DNA of 10,559 nucleotides, taken from the IMG/VR virus record IMGVR_UViG_2526164631_000029, one strand, 5' to 3'. Position 1 is the first letter of the stretch, and each line of letters starts with the position of its first letter. This DNA is from a virus (Duplodnaviria > Heunggongvirae > Uroviricota > Caudoviricetes). The notes under the pieces are model-generated. The model worked only from the letters and a program-made list of their open reading frames with translations. It searched no databases and was not told where the DNA came from. A program made the translations under genes and the position numbers. Positions 7,548-10,559 of this stretch are shown here, piece by piece.

Positions 7548-9119
7548 TTACTGAGAGCTCAGATCAACTTTCCAGGGCAACAGATCGCGTACCCGGTTTG
7601 CCGGCCAGTCCTGGATATGTTCAATGACGTAGCGCAGCCACTTTTCTGGCTCCACATTGTTCAGACGGCATGTGCCGATCAGCGAGTACAACACCGCCGC
7701 ATGTTCACCACCGCTGTCGGAACCCGCGAACATCCAGTTTTTCCGGCCTACGGCCACTCCCCGTAAGGCGTTCTCTGCGATGTTGTTGTCGATTTCCACC
7801 CAGCCATTACTGCAGTACACGTTCAGTGCATCCCACTGTTTCAGCAGGTATGCGAACGCTTTTGCCGTATCTGAGTGACGCGACAGTGTTTTCATCTGTT
7901 GCTGTATCCAGTCATACAGTGACTGCATCAGTGGCGCGGCTCTGGTTTTTCTTGCCGCCAGACGCTGTTCTGCTGAACAGCCCCGGACCTCTGCCTCGAT
8001 GGCATACAGTTCACCGATACGCTGCAGGGCTTCCGTGGTGATGTCGGTGGGCGCTCTTGCATGCACATCGTGGATTTTTCTCCGGGCATGAGCCATACAC
8101 GCGGCTTCCGTTATTCTGCCGGATTCGTATAACGCCCGGTAACCACCGTAAGCATCGGCCTGAAGCACACCGCTGTAACCGGCCAGGTGATTTTGTGGAT
8201 GGATACCTTTCCGGTCCGGACTGTACGCGAACCAGACCGCCGGGGGCATCTGTGAACCGGCGTTACGGTCATCACGGACGTAGACCCACAGCCGGGCTGT
8301 CCGGGTTTTACCGCTGCCCGGCTCCTGGACCGGGACGGGGATATCATCAGCATGGACTTTACCGGGCATCAGCACATACTGGCGCAGGACGTCATACTGC
8401 GGCTCCAGTAGTTCAGCAACGGCACCAGTCCAGCGCCCCAGTGTGGCACGGCTCAGCTCCACACCCTGACGGCGGTATATCTCTGACTGGCGGTATAACG
8501 GCAGATGGTCTGCATATTTTCCGGTGACGACATGGGCCAGGAGCCCCGCTCCGGCATAACTGCGTGCAATGGGTTTTGAAGGCACCGGTGCCTGCACGAT
8601 ATGGTCGCACCGGCAACAGGCCAGTTTCGGACGTTGTGTTTCGATAACCTTAAAGGCGCTGCTGATAAGCTCCAGTTGCTCTGACACATCACATCCCAGA
8701 GAACTGAGTTCACCACCACAGGCAGGACAGCATTCCTCTTCCGGCCGGATAACCCGGGTTTCACGGGGAAGTGAGGCCGGTAACGGTTTACGGGCTGAAG
8801 ACTGGCGCAGGGCGGATGGCAGTACCGGGTCATATTGCTCACCCAGCGTTTCCGCCATTTCTTCCTGAAGTGCGCTGATTCGCTCCTGTGCTTCCTGTAT
8901 CTGCCGTTCGGTTTTTGCACGAAGTTTTTCTGAGCTTTTACCGAACTGCATACGTTGCAGTTTCGCAACCAGCGCCTTCAGCCGGTTGATTTCGGAAGCA
9001 TAAGCCGCCACCCGCTGTGAGAGCAGGCGGTTGTATTCAGCCATCTGGCGTATGGTGTCCTGTTGCGTCTGCAACAGTGCCCGCAGGCGGGCGTTCTCAT
9101 GAGCAAGTGAGGTGTCCAT
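7548..9119 (-). CDS. tnpC: IS66-family transposase TnpC (DDE transposase with N-terminal coiled coil and zinc-finger-like Cys cluster)
   Basis: 523-aa ORF; N-terminal heptad-like region ([48 protein letters not shown]), Cys cluster CCPACGG...CCRCDH, and a long catalytic region typical of IS66 Orf3. Start ATG at 9117-9119 with GAGGA just upstream. Confidence 0.93.
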   Translation of the reverse strand: MDTSLAHENARLRALLQTQQDTIRQMAEYNRLLSQRVAAYASEINRLKALVAKLQRMQFGKSSEKLRAKTERQIQEAQERISALQEEMAETLGEQYDPVLPSALRQSSARKPLPASLPRETRVIRPEEECCPACGGELSSLGCDVSEQLELISSAFKVIETQRPKLACCRCDHIVQAPVPSKPIARSYAGAGLLAHVVTGKYADHLPLYRQSEIYRRQGVELSRATLGRWTGAVAELLEPQYDVLRQYVLMPGKVHADDIPVPVQEPGSGKTRTARLWVYVRDDRNAGSQMPPAVWFAYSPDRKGIHPQNHLAGYSGVLQADAYGGYRALYESGRITEAACMAHARRKIHDVHARAPTDITTEALQRIGELYAIEAEVRGCSAEQRLAARKTRAAPLMQSLYDWIQQQMKTLSRHSDTAKAFAYLLKQWDALNVYCSNGWVEIDNNIAENALRGVAVGRKNWMFAGSDSGGEHAAVLYSLIGTCRLNNVEPEKWLRYVIEHIQDWPANRVRDLLPWKVDLSSQ

Positions 9120-9138
9120 ATCCTCACTTTACAACGGG

Positions 9139-9486
9139 TTATATGCGGATTCCAGCGCGTTCCGTTCGTTTCGGGTGCTTCCAGTTGATACCTTCAAGAA
9201 GCATGGATAACTGAGCCGGAGTAAGGTGCACCTTGCCGTCACGGGTGACTGGCCAGACGAAGCGGCCCCGCTCCAGGCGTTTGGTGAAGAGGCACAGTCC
9301 GTCACTGTCAGCCCACAACACTTTTATCTGGTCACCCCGGCGTCCGCGGAAGATGAACAGGTGTCCGGAGAACGGGTCATCCTTCAGGACGTTCTGAACT
9401 TTTGATGCCAGGCCGTTAAAACCATTTCGCATATCGGTGATACCGGCAACCAGCCAGATACGCGAACCGGCAGGGAGAGATATCAT
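9139..9486 (-). CDS. tnpB: IS66-family accessory protein TnpB (Orf2)
   Basis: 115-aa ORF MISLPAGSRIWLVAGITDMRNGFNGLASKVQNVLKDDPFSGHLFIFRGRRGDQIKVLWADSDGLCLFTKRLERGRFVWP, characteristic of IS66 Orf2. Its ATG overlaps the tnpA stop (TGATG), indicating translational coupling. Confidence 0.93.
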   Translation of the reverse strand: MISLPAGSRIWLVAGITDMRNGFNGLASKVQNVLKDDPFSGHLFIFRGRRGDQIKVLWADSDGLCLFTKRLERGRFVWPVTRDGKVHLTPAQLSMLLEGINWKHPKRTERAGIRI

Positions 9487-10067
9487 CAGTGGCTGCTCCC
9501 TTTCATTTCGCGGATAAGTGTCTGTAATAACGCCGGCGTCAGTTTACCTTTAAGCCTGAGAGTTCCGGCCGGCAGAATCAGCTCACAACACAGACTGTCG
9601 GACGGTGTATTTATCTGCTCTGGTTCCTGTGCGGGGGCCGGGATTTTATTATCCGGCTCCGGCGTTAACGTCACGGGAAGCAGTACCGGCATATTTTTTC
9701 CGGAAGGCAGCAGGCCACCTTTCCGGTATTGATGGCGCCAGTTGAAGAGCAGGTTATCGTTGATTCCGTTTTCCCGGGCGATCTGCGCCACACAGGCTCC
9801 GGGCTGCAGTGACTGCTCCACTAAGGCGATTTTAAACTCATAAGGGAAGTTGGGCCGCCGGGGACGTTTTTTTATCACGGGGGCTTCGGATATAACGGTG
9901 TTTTCAGGACGTACGACTGGTACCGTGGAAAATTGTCCGTAAAGGCAGGCATCAAGTTCCTGCTCCGACATGCCTGCGGGCAAAGGCCACGAAAGGCCAG
10001 CTCTCCGAAAGCGCACGAACATATTACAAACTGTTGATTTTGGTACACCCAGGCGACGCCCGGCCAC
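9486..10067 (-). CDS. tnpA: IS66-family accessory protein TnpA (Orf1); 5' boundary uncertain, possibly disrupted by the IS2 insertion
   Basis: The supplied ORF starts at a GTG (10065-10067). It contains a helix-turn-helix-like segment (RRPNFPYEFKIALVEQSLQPGACVAQIARENGINDNLLFNWRHQYR) and a C-terminus (CCELILPAGTLRLKGKLTPALLQTLIREMK) typical of IS66 Orf1. The frame stays open upstream to the IS2 junction at 10131 with no ATG, so the true start may lie beyond the IS2 insertion. Confidence 0.8.
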   Translation of the reverse strand: MAGRRLGVPKSTVCNMFVRFRRAGLSWPLPAGMSEQELDACLYGQFSTVPVVRPENTVISEAPVIKKRPRRPNFPYEFKIALVEQSLQPGACVAQIARENGINDNLLFNWRHQYRKGGLLPSGKNMPVLLPVTLTPEPDNKIPAPAQEPEQINTPSDSLCCELILPAGTLRLKGKLTPALLQTLIREMKGSSH

Positions 10068-10131
10068 AACCCGGGGTAAATGTTCTTCAAAGTGAAGACG
10101 TAAAGCTTCAGTGATCCAGGTCCGGTGTTTC

Positions 10132-10172
10132 TGGATTTGCCCCTATATTTCCAGACATCTGTTATCACTTAA
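10132..10172. repeat. IS2 right terminal inverted repeat (IRR)
   Basis: Matches the recalled IS2 end beginning TGGATTTGCCCC; lies immediately outside the InsD stop codon (10143-10145). The exact inner boundary of the repeat is approximate. Confidence 0.8.
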
Positions 10173-10559
10173 CCCATTACAAGCCCGCTGCCGCAGATAT
10201 TCCCGTGGCGAGCGATAACCCAGCGCACTATGCGGATGCCATTCGTTATAATGCTCGAACGCCTCTGCAAGGTTCTTTGCTGCCGTTAACCCGTCTGGTT
10301 TGGGCATGATACTGATGTAGTCACGCTTTATCGTTTTCACGAAGCTCTCTGCTATTCCGTTACTCTCCGGACTCCGCACCGCCGTGTTCTTCGGTTCAAG
10401 TCCCAACATCCGGGCGAACTGGCGTGTTTCATTAGCCCGGTAGCATGAACCATTATCCGTCAGCCACTCCACTGGAGACGACGGAAGATCGTTGCCGAAG
10501 CGGCGTTCCACCGCTCCCAGCATGACGTCCTGTACTGTTTCACTGTTGAAGCCGCCGGT
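10143..10559 (-). CDS. insD: IS2 transposase InsD (OrfB), C-terminal portion; 5' part lies outside the window
   Basis: Translation [139 protein letters not shown] matches IS2 InsD as recalled. The frame is open to the window edge, so the Met at 10523 in the ORF track is internal, not the start. Confidence 0.93.

Larger units (their letters stand above)
7519..10131 (-). mobile_element. IS66-family insertion sequence (tnpA-tnpB-tnpC), partial: one end present at 7519, the other end not reached before the IS2 junction
   Basis: Three co-directional minus-strand ORFs of 193, 115 and 523 aa in the typical IS66-family arrangement. The terminus begins 5'-GTAAGCG at 7519, matching the family rule that ends begin GTAA. 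No inverted copy (...CGCTTAC) was found in 10068-10131. Confidence 0.85.
10132..10559 (-). mobile_element. IS2 (IS3 family), right end only; continues beyond the window
   Basis: Terminal sequence TGGATTTGCCCCTATATTTCCAGACATCTGTTATCACTTAACC at 10132 onward matches the IS2 right inverted repeat as recalled. The adjacent minus-strand ORF is the C-terminal part of IS2 InsD. Confidence 0.9.

Noticed and set aside
7379-7627. 82-aa + strand ORF spanning the tail fiber / IS66 junction
   Set aside because: Chimeric frame: it starts in the tail fiber 3' end in another frame and runs through the IS66 terminal repeat into antisense tnpC. It is an artefact of the insertion, not a gene.
7657-8868. Several + strand ORFs (7657-7878, 7670-8041, 8057-8527, 8569-8868) inside the IS66 element
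   Set aside because: All are antisense to the well-supported tnpC gene and show no conserved features.

Overview
This window is the distal tail-gene module of a lambda-like (lambdoid) enterobacterial prophage, read left to right on the + strand, followed by nested insertion sequences. Calls rest on reading the supplied translations and the DNA by eye and on recalled family signatures; no database search was run. Order: possible 3' end of an L-like gene (1-108, weak), tail tip genes K (282-881) and I (779-1420, 103-nt out-of-frame overlap with K), an AT-rich insert carrying a small predicted lipoprotein gene (1494-1832) with its own terminator, host-specificity gene J (1899-5378), terminator, outer-membrane moron lom (5446-6045), terminator, and a mosaic side tail fiber gene with a collagen-like Gly-X-Y repeat block (6196-7509). 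Ten bp after the tail fiber stop, an IS66-family element (tnpC, tnpB, tnpA, all on the - strand) begins at 7519; it is itself interrupted at 10132 by the right end of IS2, which runs off the window. No rRNA, tRNA or CRISPR array was recognised. The most interesting candidate for an undescribed function is the lipoprotein inserted between I and J, which may be a receptor-masking superinfection-exclusion factor; this is a hypothesis only.
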